A stretch of 64,000 nucleotides of DNA, from positions 17,842-81,841 of the forward strand of contig JBBDXW010000053.1 of assembly GCA_040902105.1 (NCBI GenBank), in the 5' to 3' direction. The notes under the pieces were generated by a model. The model did no database searches and was not told where the DNA came from. It worked only from the letters and a program-made list of their open reading frames with translations. Made by a program: the position numbers and the translations under genes. Positions 36,425 to 47,836 of the stretch are shown piece by piece. This DNA is from Woeseia sp. (GTDB taxonomy: Bacteria; Pseudomonadota; Gammaproteobacteria; Steroidobacterales; Woeseiaceae). Within the stretch, counting starts at the first letter, position 1. Each line of letters opens with the position of its first letter.

Positions 36425-37576
36425 ATGAGCAACCCAGGCCCGGTATCCGGTTCAGATCTGCGCGACCGACGCGTAATCGTAGGCCTGTCTGGCGGTGTCG
36501 ATTCCGCCGTCGCGGCGCTGCTTCTGAAGGATCGTGGCGCGGAAGTACACGCCCTGCACATGACCAACTGGGAGGACGACGACGGCTATTGCACCTCGGC
36601 CGCCGACTTGCAGGACGCGCGGCGCGTGTGCGAGCAACTGGATATACCGCTGCATCACGTCAATTTTGCGCGGGAATACCGCGATCGTGTTTTCGCGTAT
36701 TTCCTCAGCGAATACGCCGCCGGGCGCACGCCGAATCCGGACGTGCTGTGCAACCGCGAGATCAAGTTCGGCGCTTTTCGGACTTATGCGAAGCGACTTG
36801 GCGGCGAGTGGCTCGCGACCGGGCACTATGCGCGCATCGTAGGACTCAACGGCGAACTTCAGTTGTGGAAAGCCGCGGACAAGGGCAAGGACCAGAGCTA
36901 CTTCCTGCACGCGGTGGGCAGCGAGGCGCTCGCGGACACCGTATTTCCGCTCGGAGAGATGACAAAAGACGAAGTCCGCGCCGTTGCCAGGGACCGCGGC
37001 CTGCCGGTGTTCGACAAGAAGGACAGCACCGGCATCTGTTTTATCGGGAAGCGCCCGTTTCGCGAATTTATCGCTCACTATCTGCCGGCGAAACCGGGCC
37101 CGATTCGCACGCCGGACGGCCGCACGCTCGGTGAGCACGGCGGGCTCATGTATTACACACCGGGACAGCGGCAAGGCCTGGGCGTCGGCGGGAGAAAGGA
37201 CGCCGACGATGCACCCTGGTACGTGGCCGGCAAGGACCTTGGCGAGAACGTCCTCATCGTCGTGCAGGGCGAGCATGCGCTCCTCTACAGCGACGAACTC
37301 GATGCAACCGATGCAAGCTGGATCGGTAAACCGCCCGCCGCATTACTGCAAACCGGGTCTTTCTCCTGTCGCGCGAAAATCCGCTATCGGCAGCCGGATC
37401 AACGCTGCCATGTGCACAGCAGCAACGAATGCGCCCTGACCGTTTCCTTCGACGAACCGCAACGCGCCATTGCACCGGGACAGTTCGTCGTGTTCTACGA
37501 GGGCGAGCGTTGCCTAGGTGGCGCGGTCATCGACCGCGTTCGCTCGCGGGCCCCGAGCCTCAAGGCCGCGATTTGA
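36425..37576 (+). CDS. mnmA: tRNA 2-thiouridine(34) synthase
   Basis: PP-loop VIVGLSGGVDSAVAALLL, ..NPDVLCNREIKF.., ..DQSYFL.., 383 aa. Confidence 0.95.
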   Translation: MSNPGPVSGSDLRDRRVIVGLSGGVDSAVAALLLKDRGAEVHALHMTNWEDDDGYCTSAADLQDARRVCEQLDIPLHHVNFAREYRDRVFAYFLSEYAAGRTPNPDVLCNREIKFGAFRTYAKRLGGEWLATGHYARIVGLNGELQLWKAADKGKDQSYFLHAVGSEALADTVFPLGEMTKDEVRAVARDRGLPVFDKKDSTGICFIGKRPFREFIAHYLPAKPGPIRTPDGRTLGEHGGLMYYTPGQRQGLGVGGRKDADDAPWYVAGKDLGENVLIVVQGEHALLYSDELDATDASWIGKPPAALLQTGSFSCRAKIRYRQPDQRCHVHSSNECALTVSFDEPQRAIAPGQFVVFYEGERCLGGAVIDRVRSRAPSLKAAI

Positions 37577-37767
37577 AACGCCGTTTTCGCTATAATGCCG
37601 GCCCGCGCCGCCGTGGCAGTGACCGTCCAATGGGCACTGACGCCTTATTCATGTTCGGTGCCGGACTTGGATTTTTGGACCTTTCATTTTGCCCGTTCGG
37701 TGCCGAACGTGACTAATGCGGCCCACGGCTGCTCAGAAAACACACCAGTCGTTCCCGGAGAAAGAAT

Positions 37768-40446
37768 ATGAAGGACAGCTTCGGCGCCCGTTCAATGCTT
37801 GACGTTGACGGCACGCAATACGAGATATACCGGCTCGACGCCGTCAAGGAGGGTCATGCCGACCGCCTGCCCTACTCGCTCAAGATACTGCTGGAGAATC
37901 TGCTGAGGTACGAGGACGGGCGCGACGTCACACGGGACGATATCCTCGCGCTTGCCAACTGGGACCCGAAAGCCGAACCGGACACGGAAATTTCCTTCAC
38001 GCCGAGCCGCGTGATACTGCAGGACTTCACCGGCGTGCCGGCGGTGGTGGATCTCGCAGCGATGCGCGATGCGGTCGTCAAACTGGGGGGCACGGCGGAC
38101 CGGATCAATCCGCTCTCGCCGGCGGAACTCGTCATCGATCACTCCGTGCAGGTCGACCGCTACGGCGCCGCCAATTCGCTCGACCTGAACAACAAGATCG
38201 AATTCAAACGCAATAAGGAGCGATACACGTTCCTGCGCTGGGGGCAGAGCGCGTTCGAGAACTTCAGGGTCGTGCCGCCGAATACCGGCATCGTGCACCA
38301 GGTCAATCTCGAATACCTGGGACGGGTCGTTTTCGACACGCGGCAGGATGGCAAGCGTGCCGCCTACCCGGACACGCTGGTCGGCACCGATTCCCACACC
38401 ACCATGATCAACGGCCTGGGCATTCTCGGCTGGGGTGTCGGCGGCATCGAGGCCGAGGCTGCGATGCTCGGTCAGCCGATTACGATGCTGATCCCGCAGG
38501 TGATCGGCTTCCGCCTGCGGGGCACGATGAAGGAAGGCACTACGGCCACGGACCTCGTGCTGACCGTAACCCAGATGCTGCGTGAAAAAGGCGCCGTCGG
38601 CAAGTTCGTCGAGTTCTTCGGCGATGGCCTTGCGGACCTGCCGCTCGCCGACCGCGCCACGCTCGGCAACATGTCGCCGGAGTTCGGCAGCACCTGCGCC
38701 ATTTTCCCGATCGATGGCGAAACGATCCGTTACCTCCAGCTGACCGGCCGCGATGCCGCGCACATTCGCCTGATCGAGACTTACGCCAGGGAGCAGGGCC
38801 TGTGGCGTCACGAGGGTGAGGAACCCGCACAATACAGCGACCTGCTGGAACTGGATCTCGGCACTGTCGAACCCAGCATTGCCGGGCCGAAGCGCCCGCA
38901 GGATCGCATCGTTCTGAGCAAAGCCGACCGCCGTTTTCGCGCGCACCTTAAAGACGCGATCGCCGAGCGGGCCGAAGGCGGCACCGCTACCGCAATCCTG
39001 GACGGCGCGCCTGTGGAGATCCGGGACGGAGCGGTGCTCATCGCCGCGATCACGAGCTGCACCAATACCTCCAATCCGGCCGTCATGATAGGAGCCGGGC
39101 TGCTCGCACGTAACGCAAAGGCGAAAGGCCTGAAATCGAAGCCCTGGGTCAAGACCAGTCTTGCTCCGGGATCGAAAGTCGTCACGGACTATCTGGAAAA
39201 AGCGGATCTGCTGGACGATCTCGAGGCGCTGGGTTTCTACACCGTCGGCTATGGCTGCACCACCTGCATCGGCAATTCCGGTCCGCTCCTGCCCGAGATC
39301 GCGGACGCGGTAATGAAAGGCAATATCGTCGGCTGCGCCGTGTTGTCGGGCAACCGCAATTTCGAGGGCCGCATTCATCCGATGGTGCAAATGAATTTTC
39401 TGGCGTCGCCGCCCCTCGTCGTTGCCTACGCGCTTGCCGGAACCATGGACCTGAACCTGTTCAGCGGTGCGCTCGGTAATGACGCCGAAGGCAAGCCGGT
39501 TTATCTGCGGGACATCTGGCCAAGCCAGAAAGAAATCCAGGAGTTCATTGCCCTGAACATCGATTCAGGCATGTTCAAATCGAGTTACGGCAGTGTGTTT
39601 GCCGGCGATGAGAACTGGAACAGTCTCGACGTTCCGGGCGGCGAGATTTATAGCTGGGATCCGGACTCGACATACGTCAAGAATCCACCCTATTTTGACG
39701 GCATGACACTGGAGACGCAGCCGCTCGAAGATATTCGCAGTGCACGGGTCCTCGCACTTCTCGGGGACTCGGTGACGACAGACCATATTTCTCCCGCCGG
39801 CAGCATTGCCGCCGACAGTCCCGCAGCCAGATACCTGCGCGAGCAAGGCGTCGAAACGGTCGACTTCAACTCCTACGGTTCGCGCCGCGGCAATCACGAA
39901 GTCATGATGCGCGGGACGTTTGCAAACATCCGCCTGCGCAACCAGCTTGCGCCCGGCACCGAGGGCGGCTGGACGCGGCACCAGCCGAGCGGCGACCAGA
40001 TGTCGATTTACGACGCATCGCTGCGCTACCAGGAGGACGGTGTCCCGCTGGTGGTTATCGCCGGTAGCGAATACGGTTCCGGCTCATCCCGCGACTGGGC
40101 GGCCAAAGGCACGCTTCTGCTCGGCGTCAAGGCAGTCATTGCCGTCAGCTTCGAACGCATCCACCGCTCGAACCTGATCGGGATGGGCGTCTTGCCGTTG
40201 CAATTCCTGGATGGCGACAGCGCTGAAAGCCTCGGCCTGACCGGCCAGGAAGTGTTCGACATCAGGGGCCTCGCAAACGCAAAGTCACGCACGGTAGAGG
40301 TGACGGCGACCAAGGCGGACGGCACAGAGTCCCGCTTCGAGGCGCGGGTCCGAATCGATACGCCCAAGGAACGCGACTATTTCGAGCACGGCGGGATTCT
40401 TCACTACATGTTGCGCCAGCTTGCAAGCCGCGCCGAAGCCGCTTGA
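37768..40446 (+). CDS. acnA: aconitate hydratase A
   Basis: 892 aa. Fe-S ligand motifs [13 protein letters not shown] and [10 protein letters not shown]. Full-length AcnA/IRP colinearity. Confidence 0.95.
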   Translation: MKDSFGARSMLDVDGTQYEIYRLDAVKEGHADRLPYSLKILLENLLRYEDGRDVTRDDILALANWDPKAEPDTEISFTPSRVILQDFTGVPAVVDLAAMRDAVVKLGGTADRINPLSPAELVIDHSVQVDRYGAANSLDLNNKIEFKRNKERYTFLRWGQSAFENFRVVPPNTGIVHQVNLEYLGRVVFDTRQDGKRAAYPDTLVGTDSHTTMINGLGILGWGVGGIEAEAAMLGQPITMLIPQVIGFRLRGTMKEGTTATDLVLTVTQMLREKGAVGKFVEFFGDGLADLPLADRATLGNMSPEFGSTCAIFPIDGETIRYLQLTGRDAAHIRLIETYAREQGLWRHEGEEPAQYSDLLELDLGTVEPSIAGPKRPQDRIVLSKADRRFRAHLKDAIAERAEGGTATAILDGAPVEIRDGAVLIAAITSCTNTSNPAVMIGAGLLARNAKAKGLKSKPWVKTSLAPGSKVVTDYLEKADLLDDLEALGFYTVGYGCTTCIGNSGPLLPEIADAVMKGNIVGCAVLSGNRNFEGRIHPMVQMNFLASPPLVVAYALAGTMDLNLFSGALGNDAEGKPVYLRDIWPSQKEIQEFIALNIDSGMFKSSYGSVFAGDENWNSLDVPGGEIYSWDPDSTYVKNPPYFDGMTLETQPLEDIRSARVLALLGDSVTTDHISPAGSIAADSPAARYLREQGVETVDFNSYGSRRGNHEVMMRGTFANIRLRNQLAPGTEGGWTRHQPSGDQMSIYDASLRYQEDGVPLVVIAGSEYGSGSSRDWAAKGTLLLGVKAVIAVSFERIHRSNLIGMGVLPLQFLDGDSAESLGLTGQEVFDIRGLANAKSRTVEVTATKADGTESRFEARVRIDTPKERDYFEHGGILHYMLRQLASRAEAA

Positions 40447-40519
40447 CCCGGCGTCCGGCGACCGGGAACTGCTAGACTCAGTGACCCGATCAGGGACGCA
40501 TGGCTAACAGAGTCGTCTG

Positions 40520-41530
40520 ATGATATTCAAGCGCAAGAGTGACGGCAGCGCCGCCGCGCAAAGACCGCTATGGGTCAAGGTCTCGGCCGGCGCCGCGGCA
40601 ATGCTCGCCGTCCTGCTGATAGGACTCGCTGTGTACTGGTCACGCGAGCCGGAAATTTTCTGGGTCAACGAGCGGCCGGACAACGAGCGTACCGTGGTCG
40701 GTTACTCGACCGTGGACTCACTGGTCCGGGTGGCCGAAACCATGCTCGACAAGCCAGGCGGCTATCTGAGCAACGACATCATGCCACCCGGCGTTTTCCT
40801 GGATAACATTCCCAACTGGGAATTCGGCGTCCTGCAACAGATGCGCGATCTCGCCCGCGTCATTCGTAACGACTACAGCCGCAGTCAGTCGCAGTCCAAG
40901 GAAGATACCGACGTCGCGACCGCCGAGCCGAAATTCTTTTTCGACAACGATTCCTGGATACTCCCGCCATCGGAGTCGGAATATCGGAACGCCATGCAGG
41001 GCTTCGAGCGTTATCGTGACAGGCTTTCGGGCATCGGCGGGTCTGACGCCCAGTTCTACGCCCGGGCGGACAATCTCAGGGAATGGCTCGCGCAGGTCGA
41101 AAAACGACTTGGCAGCCTGACGCGGCGTCTCGGCGACAGCGTTGCGGCAGACGTCATCAACACGGACCTGGCCGGCGAGCGGTCAGCCGCGGCTACTTCG
41201 GAATTGACCGATTACGTCGCTGCCAAGACGTCCTGGTTCGAGATTGACGACGTTTTTTTTGAAGCGCGCGGCACGGCCTGGGCGCTGGTGCATTTTTTCC
41301 GCGCAGCCGAATTCGATTTTGCCCAAGTGCTGTCGGACAAGAACGCCGCGGTAAGCGTCCGCCAGATCATTCGCGAACTCGAGGCCAGCGTTCAGCCGCT
41401 GCGATCTCCTGTGGTGCTCAACGGAGGCGGTTTCGGTCTTTTCGCAAATCACTCGCTGGTGATGGCGAACTACCTGGCGCGCGCCAACGCAGCCGTGATC
41501 AATCTGAGGGAACTGCTGGACCAGGGATGA
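40520..41530 (+). CDS. DUF2333-family membrane-anchored protein
   Basis: 336 aa. N-terminal TM then ..LDKPGGYLSNDIMPPGVFLDNIPNWEFGVLQQMRDLARVIRNDYSRSQSQS.., recognised as DUF2333 from memory. Confidence 0.7.
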   Translation: MIFKRKSDGSAAAQRPLWVKVSAGAAAMLAVLLIGLAVYWSREPEIFWVNERPDNERTVVGYSTVDSLVRVAETMLDKPGGYLSNDIMPPGVFLDNIPNWEFGVLQQMRDLARVIRNDYSRSQSQSKEDTDVATAEPKFFFDNDSWILPPSESEYRNAMQGFERYRDRLSGIGGSDAQFYARADNLREWLAQVEKRLGSLTRRLGDSVAADVINTDLAGERSAAATSELTDYVAAKTSWFEIDDVFFEARGTAWALVHFFRAAEFDFAQVLSDKNAAVSVRQIIRELEASVQPLRSPVVLNGGGFGLFANHSLVMANYLARANAAVINLRELLDQG

Positions 41531-41551
41531 TAGCGGGGCGGTTAATATTTT

Positions 41552-42307
41552 TTAGTATATGCCCATCCAGCCGGGAACGCGGCGCCAGCTTTCCGTGAGC
41601 TTCCTGTCGAGGCGCTCGTAGTCCGGTTCGAACTGCCCGACCAGTTTCCAGAAGCGTTTCGAATGATTCATATGGCGGCCGTGACAGAGCTCGTGGATCA
41701 TGAGATAGCGCGCGACCTTGGGTTGGAGGAACAGCAGGCATAGATTCAGGCTGATCGTTCCCGTGCCGCTGCGGCTGCCCCAGCAGGTACGTTGCGCCCT
41801 GATCTGACTTTTCCTGTACGGAGTATTCATCAGGAACGACAGCGCGCGCAGTCGTGGCTCCAGTTCCTCCTTCGCAACGGCAGCAAGGCAACGGCGCAAC
41901 GCTTCGACGCACAGTTTCTCGTCCTCGATGCGGCCCGTCAGCACGATTCGACAGCCGCTCAATCCATAGCGAACCGATGTCGCGCCCGGCGTCGACTGGT
42001 ATCGCACCGTCAGCTTCCTCCCGACGGCGGATAACCAGATGGTATCGGGGAGTGCGAACGGCTCATTCGCGTGATCGACGGCGAACGATTCACGCGCGTC
42101 GCGAATCCAGGTGGCGTTGTCCTTGACGAACGCCTCGACTTCGGCGGCTCGGGTCCGGCGCGGAACGACCACTTCCACGCGACCGCCCGGAAATACCTTG
42201 ATCGTGAGACGTTTGGCCCTGGCGCTCTTGCGCACTGAAAAGCCCGGCACGTTGCCGGGCTCAGGCGCTTCCGGAAAAAGCGTCAGTTGACGTTTGGTCG
42301 ATCGCAC
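41552..42307 (-). CDS. YgjP-like (DUF45/M48-related) metal-dependent hydrolase
   Basis: 251 aa with HELCHGRHMNHSKRFWKLV (HExxH..H...FW), typical of the YgjP/SprT-like family. Confidence 0.8.
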   Translation of the reverse strand: MRSTKRQLTLFPEAPEPGNVPGFSVRKSARAKRLTIKVFPGGRVEVVVPRRTRAAEVEAFVKDNATWIRDARESFAVDHANEPFALPDTIWLSAVGRKLTVRYQSTPGATSVRYGLSGCRIVLTGRIEDEKLCVEALRRCLAAVAKEELEPRLRALSFLMNTPYRKSQIRAQRTCWGSRSGTGTISLNLCLLFLQPKVARYLMIHELCHGRHMNHSKRFWKLVGQFEPDYERLDRKLTESWRRVPGWMGIY

Positions 42308-42390
42308 CCGGCTATTCTAGCCGGAATTCCTCCAACCTGAAGCCGTCCCGTAGCGGTGCCCGCCGTAGCGGTGCCGGCACCGGCACCGAG

Positions 42391-43113
42391 TCAGGGGCGC
42401 TCGCCGCTGAAGCGAACCGCGTCGTCCAGGGTCATGACGCCGCTGACGCCGCCGACCTCGGCGGTTTCGCTGATATAGAGTTCAACTTCGCGCTCCAGCC
42501 TGATTTCGCCCTGCACCCGTGCCCCGGGGCCGATGACGATGCGCGGCTTGCGGCTGCTGGTACTCCAGTTGCCGCCGTTAGGCTCCTGGACGACGAGATC
42601 GCCTGTAAGGGTTGCGTTCCCCGACAAGGTAACGTCACCGTTGACGGTGGTGAGATCGCCGCCGATCCCCGCTCCACTGATTTCAATCTCGCCATTGACG
42701 TTACTGACATCGGAGCTGACTGAGGATCCCGGTGTCAGGCTGATTCGACCGTTGACCACGTCAACTTCGCCGTCGATGGTCGAGTTCTCACCGACGCTGA
42801 TCGAACCGTTGACGCTGCTCAGACCTCGCGCACTCACGCCGGAGCCGACTCGGACGCTGCCGTTCACCGTCTCGGCGACCTCGATTCTCGCGTTATCGTC
42901 GATCCGAATCGCGCCGTTGACCGTTTCGAGATCGCCGTTGACGATTGCCTCGCTGCCCACGGTGATGCTGCCGTTCAGGGTCGAATGACCCTTGCTTTCG
43001 CTGCCGGCTTCGACCTTGATGCTCTTGTTCAAGTTGAAGCCCTGCGCCGGAGCGACCAGAGCGAGCGCGAGAAATCCCGCGGCTATCGATGCAAGTGTGC
43101 GTTTTGTGAGCAT
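42391..43113 (-). CDS. secreted beta-helix repeat protein (VNG-repeat, DUF4097/bactofilin-like repeats)
   Basis: ATG at 43113 (AGAGGAA RBS) gives signal peptide MLTKRTLASIAAGFLALALVAPAQG followed by about 10 degenerate repeats of ..VNG.I.V/I.. (TVNGAIRI, TVNGSVRV, SVNGSISV, VVNGRISL, NVNGEIEI, TVNGDVTL). Confidence 0.65.
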   Translation of the reverse strand: MLTKRTLASIAAGFLALALVAPAQGFNLNKSIKVEAGSESKGHSTLNGSITVGSEAIVNGDLETVNGAIRIDDNARIEVAETVNGSVRVGSGVSARGLSSVNGSISVGENSTIDGEVDVVNGRISLTPGSSVSSDVSNVNGEIEISGAGIGGDLTTVNGDVTLSGNATLTGDLVVQEPNGGNWSTSSRKPRIVIGPGARVQGEIRLEREVELYISETAEVGGVSGVMTLDDAVRFSGERP

Positions 43114-43311
43114 TTTGTGGTTCCTCTGAAGCTGGTTCGGACAGTATCCGGGAGGCGGCTGCCCCCTGGTTCCGTCAATGGTTCGGTTATTCATTCAGAT
43201 GCCTGTCGTCGGCAAAAGGTTGAAAAGCCGGGATCGATGTCTCCCTGCCGCTATGCGGCTCCGGAGGCAGCAGGTACCCTAGGGGCACTTTTTGCCGCCG
43301 ATACCCTGTCG

Positions 43312-44196
43312 ATGCGAACCGTGCTCGAGGCGCGAAACCTCGTCAAGCAATATCCCGGCGTGCTTGCCGTGGACAACGTCAGTTTCTCGGTCCGCGAGGG
43401 GACCTGCTTCGGGCTGCTCGGCCCGAACGGCGCCGGCAAGACGACCACCGTTGAAATAATCGAGGGGGTGACGCCACCGAGTGCCGGCGAAATTTTTTAT
43501 TTCGGTGAGCCGACCGGCCGCCGCTTTCGTGAAGAGGCAGGCATTCAGTTTCAGCACACGGCACTGCAGGACTTCCTGACCGTGCGGGAGACCATCCGGC
43601 TATTTCAGAGCCTGTACGACCGTAAAGCCGATCTTGATCGCATCATCGAGGAGTGCTCGCTCGGTGACCTGGTCGATCGGGACAACCGCAAACTTTCGGG
43701 CGGACAGCGCCAGCGCCTGCTGCTTGCGGTCGCGCTCGTCAACCGCCCCAGGCTGATATTTCTCGACGAGCCGACCACCGGGCTCGACCCGCAGGCCAGG
43801 CGAAACTTCTGGGAGCTGATGAAACGCATCCGTGCGAAAGGAACAACCCTCGTTCTGACGACGCACTACATGGACGAAGCCCAGGTACTGTGCGACGAGA
43901 TCGCGATCATGGACGCCGGCAGAATCATCGTTCAGGGTAACCCCGATGCACTGTTGCGACACCAGTACCCCAACGTCGTCATCGAACTGCCCCTGGAGGA
44001 CGTCAGCGGCGACCTCGAAAGCATCGAACACCGCGTGCTCGAAACCCAGGGCGTCATCGAAGTCTCGACCAACGACGTGAACACGACCCTGCGGGACCTC
44101 GCCACCCATGTTACCGGCTTGAACCGCCTCAAAATCCGTCAGCCGAATCTCGAAGATCTCTTTCTGGATCTGACCGGGCATTCCTTGCGGACGTGA
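43312..44196 (+). CDS. ABC transporter ATP-binding protein (ABC-2 subfamily)
   Basis: ATG at 43312 gives MRTVLEARNLVKQYPGVLAVDNVSFSVREGTCFGLLGPNGAGKTT (Walker A), LSGGQRQRL signature, LIFLDEPTTGLD Walker B. Confidence 0.92.
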   Translation: MRTVLEARNLVKQYPGVLAVDNVSFSVREGTCFGLLGPNGAGKTTTVEIIEGVTPPSAGEIFYFGEPTGRRFREEAGIQFQHTALQDFLTVRETIRLFQSLYDRKADLDRIIEECSLGDLVDRDNRKLSGGQRQRLLLAVALVNRPRLIFLDEPTTGLDPQARRNFWELMKRIRAKGTTLVLTTHYMDEAQVLCDEIAIMDAGRIIVQGNPDALLRHQYPNVVIELPLEDVSGDLESIEHRVLETQGVIEVSTNDVNTTLRDLATHVTGLNRLKIRQPNLEDLFLDLTGHSLRT

Positions 44197-44277
44197 GCGA
44201 GGCTTCTCCGCTTTTGACGCTGTGCCGTTCATGAATCATGCTGCGTCGGTGGTGCTGATAGAGAGGGCAACTGCCTG

Positions 44278-45297
44278 ATGTTGAAGCGCATTTACGCGAT
44301 TTTTCACGCGCGAAATCTCGAGTTCGTGCGCGACCGCAGCTCATTGAGCTGGAACATCATCCTGCCGATCGCCCTGATGTTCGGTTTGTCGTTTATCTTC
44401 GGTGGGGGCACGCGAGCCCAGTATACGGTCGGAGTGCTGCAGGCAAATGAGGAAATCGAAACCGTCAGCGACCCGTTTCTCGAGACGCGTTTCATCCGGT
44501 TCGTGCCGGTACCGGACGTCGACGACGGCATGGCGAAGATCGCGCGCCATCAGCTCGACCTGCTGGTCCGTCTGGAGCCGCCACGCCAGTACTGGATCAA
44601 TCCGGAATCGTCCAAGGGCTACTTTGTAGAGTTTGCCTTGCTGCAATCCGCCGGCAACCAGAAAATCGAGCAGGCGCAGATCAGCGGAGAGGCGGTTCGC
44701 TATGTCGACTGGGTGTTGCCGGGCATCCTCGGCATGAACATGATGTTCAGCTGCTTGTTCGGCGTCGGTTACGTTGTCGTACGTTACCGGAAGAATGGAT
44801 TTCTCAAGCGGTTGCGTGCGACACCGTTGCGAGCGTTCGAGTTCGTAACGGCCCAGGTTGCATCGAGGCTTTTGCTGATCGTCAGCATTACGGCCTTTGT
44901 CTATGCCGGCACCAGTTATTTCCTCGAGACGCGGATGGATGGCAATTATTTCACGCTCCTGACGATCACCGTGATCGGCGCGATCAGTCTGATCTCGATG
45001 GGTCTGATGGTTGCGGCGCGCGTCACCAGCGAGGAGCTGGCAGGAGGGCTTCTGAACCTCGTGACGTGGCCCATGGTGATGTTGTCCGGCGTCTGGTTTT
45101 CGCTCGAGGGCGCCAATGAGTGGGTGCGGCAGGTCGCGAGAATATTTCCGCTGACACACGTCCTCGATGCGGCGCGCGCTGTCATGATCGACGGCGCCGC
45201 ATTTCGCGAGGTCCTGCCGCAAGTGGTGGTGCTGTGCATTATGAGTGCGGTGTTTCTCGCGGTGGCCGCCATGATCTTCCGCTGGCGCCCCCGTTAG
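44278..45297 (+). CDS. ABC-2 type transporter permease
   Basis: 339 aa. N-terminal TM, a large extracytoplasmic loop, then 5 TM helices (..VLPGILGMNMMFSCLFGVGYVVV..). Follows the ATPase gene. Confidence 0.85.
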   Translation: MLKRIYAIFHARNLEFVRDRSSLSWNIILPIALMFGLSFIFGGGTRAQYTVGVLQANEEIETVSDPFLETRFIRFVPVPDVDDGMAKIARHQLDLLVRLEPPRQYWINPESSKGYFVEFALLQSAGNQKIEQAQISGEAVRYVDWVLPGILGMNMMFSCLFGVGYVVVRYRKNGFLKRLRATPLRAFEFVTAQVASRLLLIVSITAFVYAGTSYFLETRMDGNYFTLLTITVIGAISLISMGLMVAARVTSEELAGGLLNLVTWPMVMLSGVWFSLEGANEWVRQVARIFPLTHVLDAARAVMIDGAAFREVLPQVVVLCIMSAVFLAVAAMIFRWRPR

Positions 45298-45322
45298 TGG
45301 TTTCGTGTACGGTCACGACGGC

Positions 45323-46114
45323 ATGAGCCTGGACCTGATCGACATCGGCGCGAACCTGACGCACGACAGCTTCGACGCGGATCGGGACGCGGTTATCGAG
45401 CGGGCCCTGGCCTGCGGGGTTCGCCGCATGATCGTGACCGGCAGCAGCGAGCAAGGCAGTCGCGATGCCGCAGGCCTCGCCGAAAGCCGGCCTGGCCTCC
45501 TGTACGCGACCGCGGGCGTGCATCCCCACCACGCAAGCGAGTACACGCCGGAAGTCAACGATACCTTGCTGCAACTCCTGCAAAGGGACAGCGTGGTAGC
45601 GGTCGGCGAATGCGGCCTCGATTATTTCCGTGACTTCTCGCCGCGTCCGGCACAGCGGGACGCGTTTCAGGCGCAGCTCGAACTCGCGGTAGCGTGCAGG
45701 CTGCCGGTTTTCCTGCACCAGCGCGACGCACACGCCGACTTCGTCTCGATACTGCGCCCCATGTTGCACCGAATCTCCGGAGGCGTAGCGCATTGCTTCA
45801 CCGGTGATGCGGCCGCGCTTCGCGAATACCTGGGAATGGGGCTCTATATCGGCGTCACCGGCTGGATCTGTGACGAACGGCGTGGCGAGGCGCTGCGGCG
45901 CCTCGCGACGGACATTCCGCTCGACCGCATCATGATCGAGACGGATGCTCCCTACCTGCTGCCGAGGACGCTCGATCCAAAGCCTGCAACGCGACGCAAC
46001 GAACCGATGTACTTGCGGGAAGTCCTTCGGGTGTTCGCCGAAGCGAGCGGCAGGTCCGAGAAGACCGTTGCGCAAGCAGCGACCGGGAACGCCGAACGCC
46101 TGTTCGGCATGTGA
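45323..46114 (+). CDS. tatD: TatD-family metal-dependent hydrolase/DNase
   Basis: ATG at 45323 gives MSLDLIDIGANLTHDSFDADRDAVIERA...TAGVHPHHA..GECGLDYFRDFS..IETDAPYL. The track start is a GTG at 45305. Confidence 0.9.
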   Translation: MSLDLIDIGANLTHDSFDADRDAVIERALACGVRRMIVTGSSEQGSRDAAGLAESRPGLLYATAGVHPHHASEYTPEVNDTLLQLLQRDSVVAVGECGLDYFRDFSPRPAQRDAFQAQLELAVACRLPVFLHQRDAHADFVSILRPMLHRISGGVAHCFTGDAAALREYLGMGLYIGVTGWICDERRGEALRRLATDIPLDRIMIETDAPYLLPRTLDPKPATRRNEPMYLREVLRVFAEASGRSEKTVAQAATGNAERLFGM

Positions 46115-46312
46115 GCGTTACGAAAACTGCGCGCAAGGCCGCTCGCGAGCATTTGTCGTTCCTGATGTTATACTGATTTCGATCCCGGCACGTTATGTTA
46201 CCTTCGGACATGGGGCGAGCGCCTGAGTCACAACAAGAATCGCAACTCATTCATTCATCGCGCGCGGCGTTGCCCGGCCGCATTCGTACGTTTTCCACCG
46301 TAGAGAGGCGCG

Positions 46313-47047
46313 ATGGCACTGTTATGGCGCATGACGCTGGGCAGCATCAGGGACCTCACTCCGGTCGTGCTGGTGATCGTTTTTTTCCAGGTTGTCGTGC
46401 TGCAGCAGCCGGCGGGCGAGCTGTTAGGGCTGCTTGAGGGTGCTCTCCTCGTCCTGGTCGGTCTCACGCTGTTCGTCTATGGCCTGGAACTGGCCCTCTT
46501 TCCACTCGGCGACGCGCTTGCTTATGCGCTGGCGCAGAAAGGCAGCTTCCTGTGGCTCGTCCTCTTCGCGTTTCTGCTGGGATTCGGCTCGACCATTGCG
46601 GAACCCGCGTTGACCGCTGTGGCTGCCGAAGCCGCCAAAGCCGCGGCGGACGGAGGTTCCATTGCCGGCACCGTTGCAGCCAAAGCGAAGTATGCGCTTG
46701 GGCTACGGCTAATGGTCGGCCTGTCCGTCGGGGTGGCGCTGATCCTCGGAGTCAGCCGCATCATCTTCAACTGGTCGTTACCGTTAATGGTTATCAGCGG
46801 CTACGTCATCGTTATTGTCATTACCTTCTTTGCTCCGCCTGAAACAGTCGGTATCGCGTACGACTCCGGCGGCGTTACGACATCGGTCATTACCGTTCCC
46901 CTTGTAACCGCCCTCGGCATCGGGCTTGCATCGTCCCTGGCAGGACGAAACCCGATCAGTGACGGTTTCGGCATGATCGCGCTGGTGCTTCTTACGCCGA
47001 CGATTTTCGTCATGGCCTACGGTACGTTGCTCGCATGGATCCGATAG
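46313..47047 (+). CDS. DUF1538-family integral membrane protein (copy 1)
   Basis: 244 aa, multi-[22 protein letters not shown] and [26 protein letters not shown] motifs are shared with the next gene. Confidence 0.8.
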   Translation: MALLWRMTLGSIRDLTPVVLVIVFFQVVVLQQPAGELLGLLEGALLVLVGLTLFVYGLELALFPLGDALAYALAQKGSFLWLVLFAFLLGFGSTIAEPALTAVAAEAAKAAADGGSIAGTVAAKAKYALGLRLMVGLSVGVALILGVSRIIFNWSLPLMVISGYVIVIVITFFAPPETVGIAYDSGGVTTSVITVPLVTALGIGLASSLAGRNPISDGFGMIALVLLTPTIFVMAYGTLLAWIR

Positions 47048-47835
47048 CGGCCTTTCTTCGCGGCATCTTCGGTACGGCGATGGACGTGCTGCCGGTTGCC
47101 ATATTCATGCTGTTCTTCTATCGCATCGTACTCGGGCAGAAACTCGTCAACCGGAGGAACGTCCTCGTCGGGCTTGCGTTCGTCGTGTTCGGACTCGCGC
47201 TGCTGCTGCAGGGACTGGACAAGGCGTTATTCCCGGTCGGCCGCATGATGGTGGAACGATTGACGGAAATTACCCTCGCCACAGCGGAAATTCCCCACTG
47301 GTCGAGTTACTATCTGGTCTATCTGTTTGCGTTTTGCATCGCGTTTGGAGCGGCTATTGCGGAACCCGCCCTGCTGGCCGTAGCGCACAGGGTCAACGAA
47401 CTCTCGGGCGGCGCGATTCATGCCTGGGGCCTCAGAGTGGCGGCGGCGCTGGGTGTGGCGACGGGAGTCACGCTCGGCTGCATCCAGACCGTTACAGGTG
47501 TCCCGTTGCACTGGTTTATTGCCGCGGCCTATACGATCGTCATCATTCAGACTTTCACCTCGCCTCGAGTGATCGTTCCGTTGGCGTACGATACCGGCGG
47601 CGTCAGCACCACGGTGGTGACAGTGCCGGTCGTGACCGCGCTCGGGCTCAGCCTGGCCGAACAGGTGCCCGGCCGCACGCCCTTCATTGACGGCTTCGGC
47701 CTGATTGCTTTTGCGTGCGTGTTTCCGGCGATTTCCGTGCTCGCGTACGCACAGATCACCGCATTGCTGGAAAAACGTCAGTCCAGGCTACGCATCGCCG
47801 CCAGGCAAGCAGACTCTACCAGCAAGGAGAACTAA
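47035..47835 (+). CDS. DUF1538-family integral membrane protein (copy 2)
   Basis: 266 aa paralog. [20 protein letters not shown] and [26 protein letters not shown]. Overlaps copy 1 by 13 nt. Confidence 0.8.
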   Translation: MDPIAAFLRGIFGTAMDVLPVAIFMLFFYRIVLGQKLVNRRNVLVGLAFVVFGLALLLQGLDKALFPVGRMMVERLTEITLATAEIPHWSSYYLVYLFAFCIAFGAAIAEPALLAVAHRVNELSGGAIHAWGLRVAAALGVATGVTLGCIQTVTGVPLHWFIAAAYTIVIIQTFTSPRVIVPLAYDTGGVSTTVVTVPVVTALGLSLAEQVPGRTPFIDGFGLIAFACVFPAISVLAYAQITALLEKRQSRLRIAARQADSTSKEN

Positions 47836-47836
47836 C

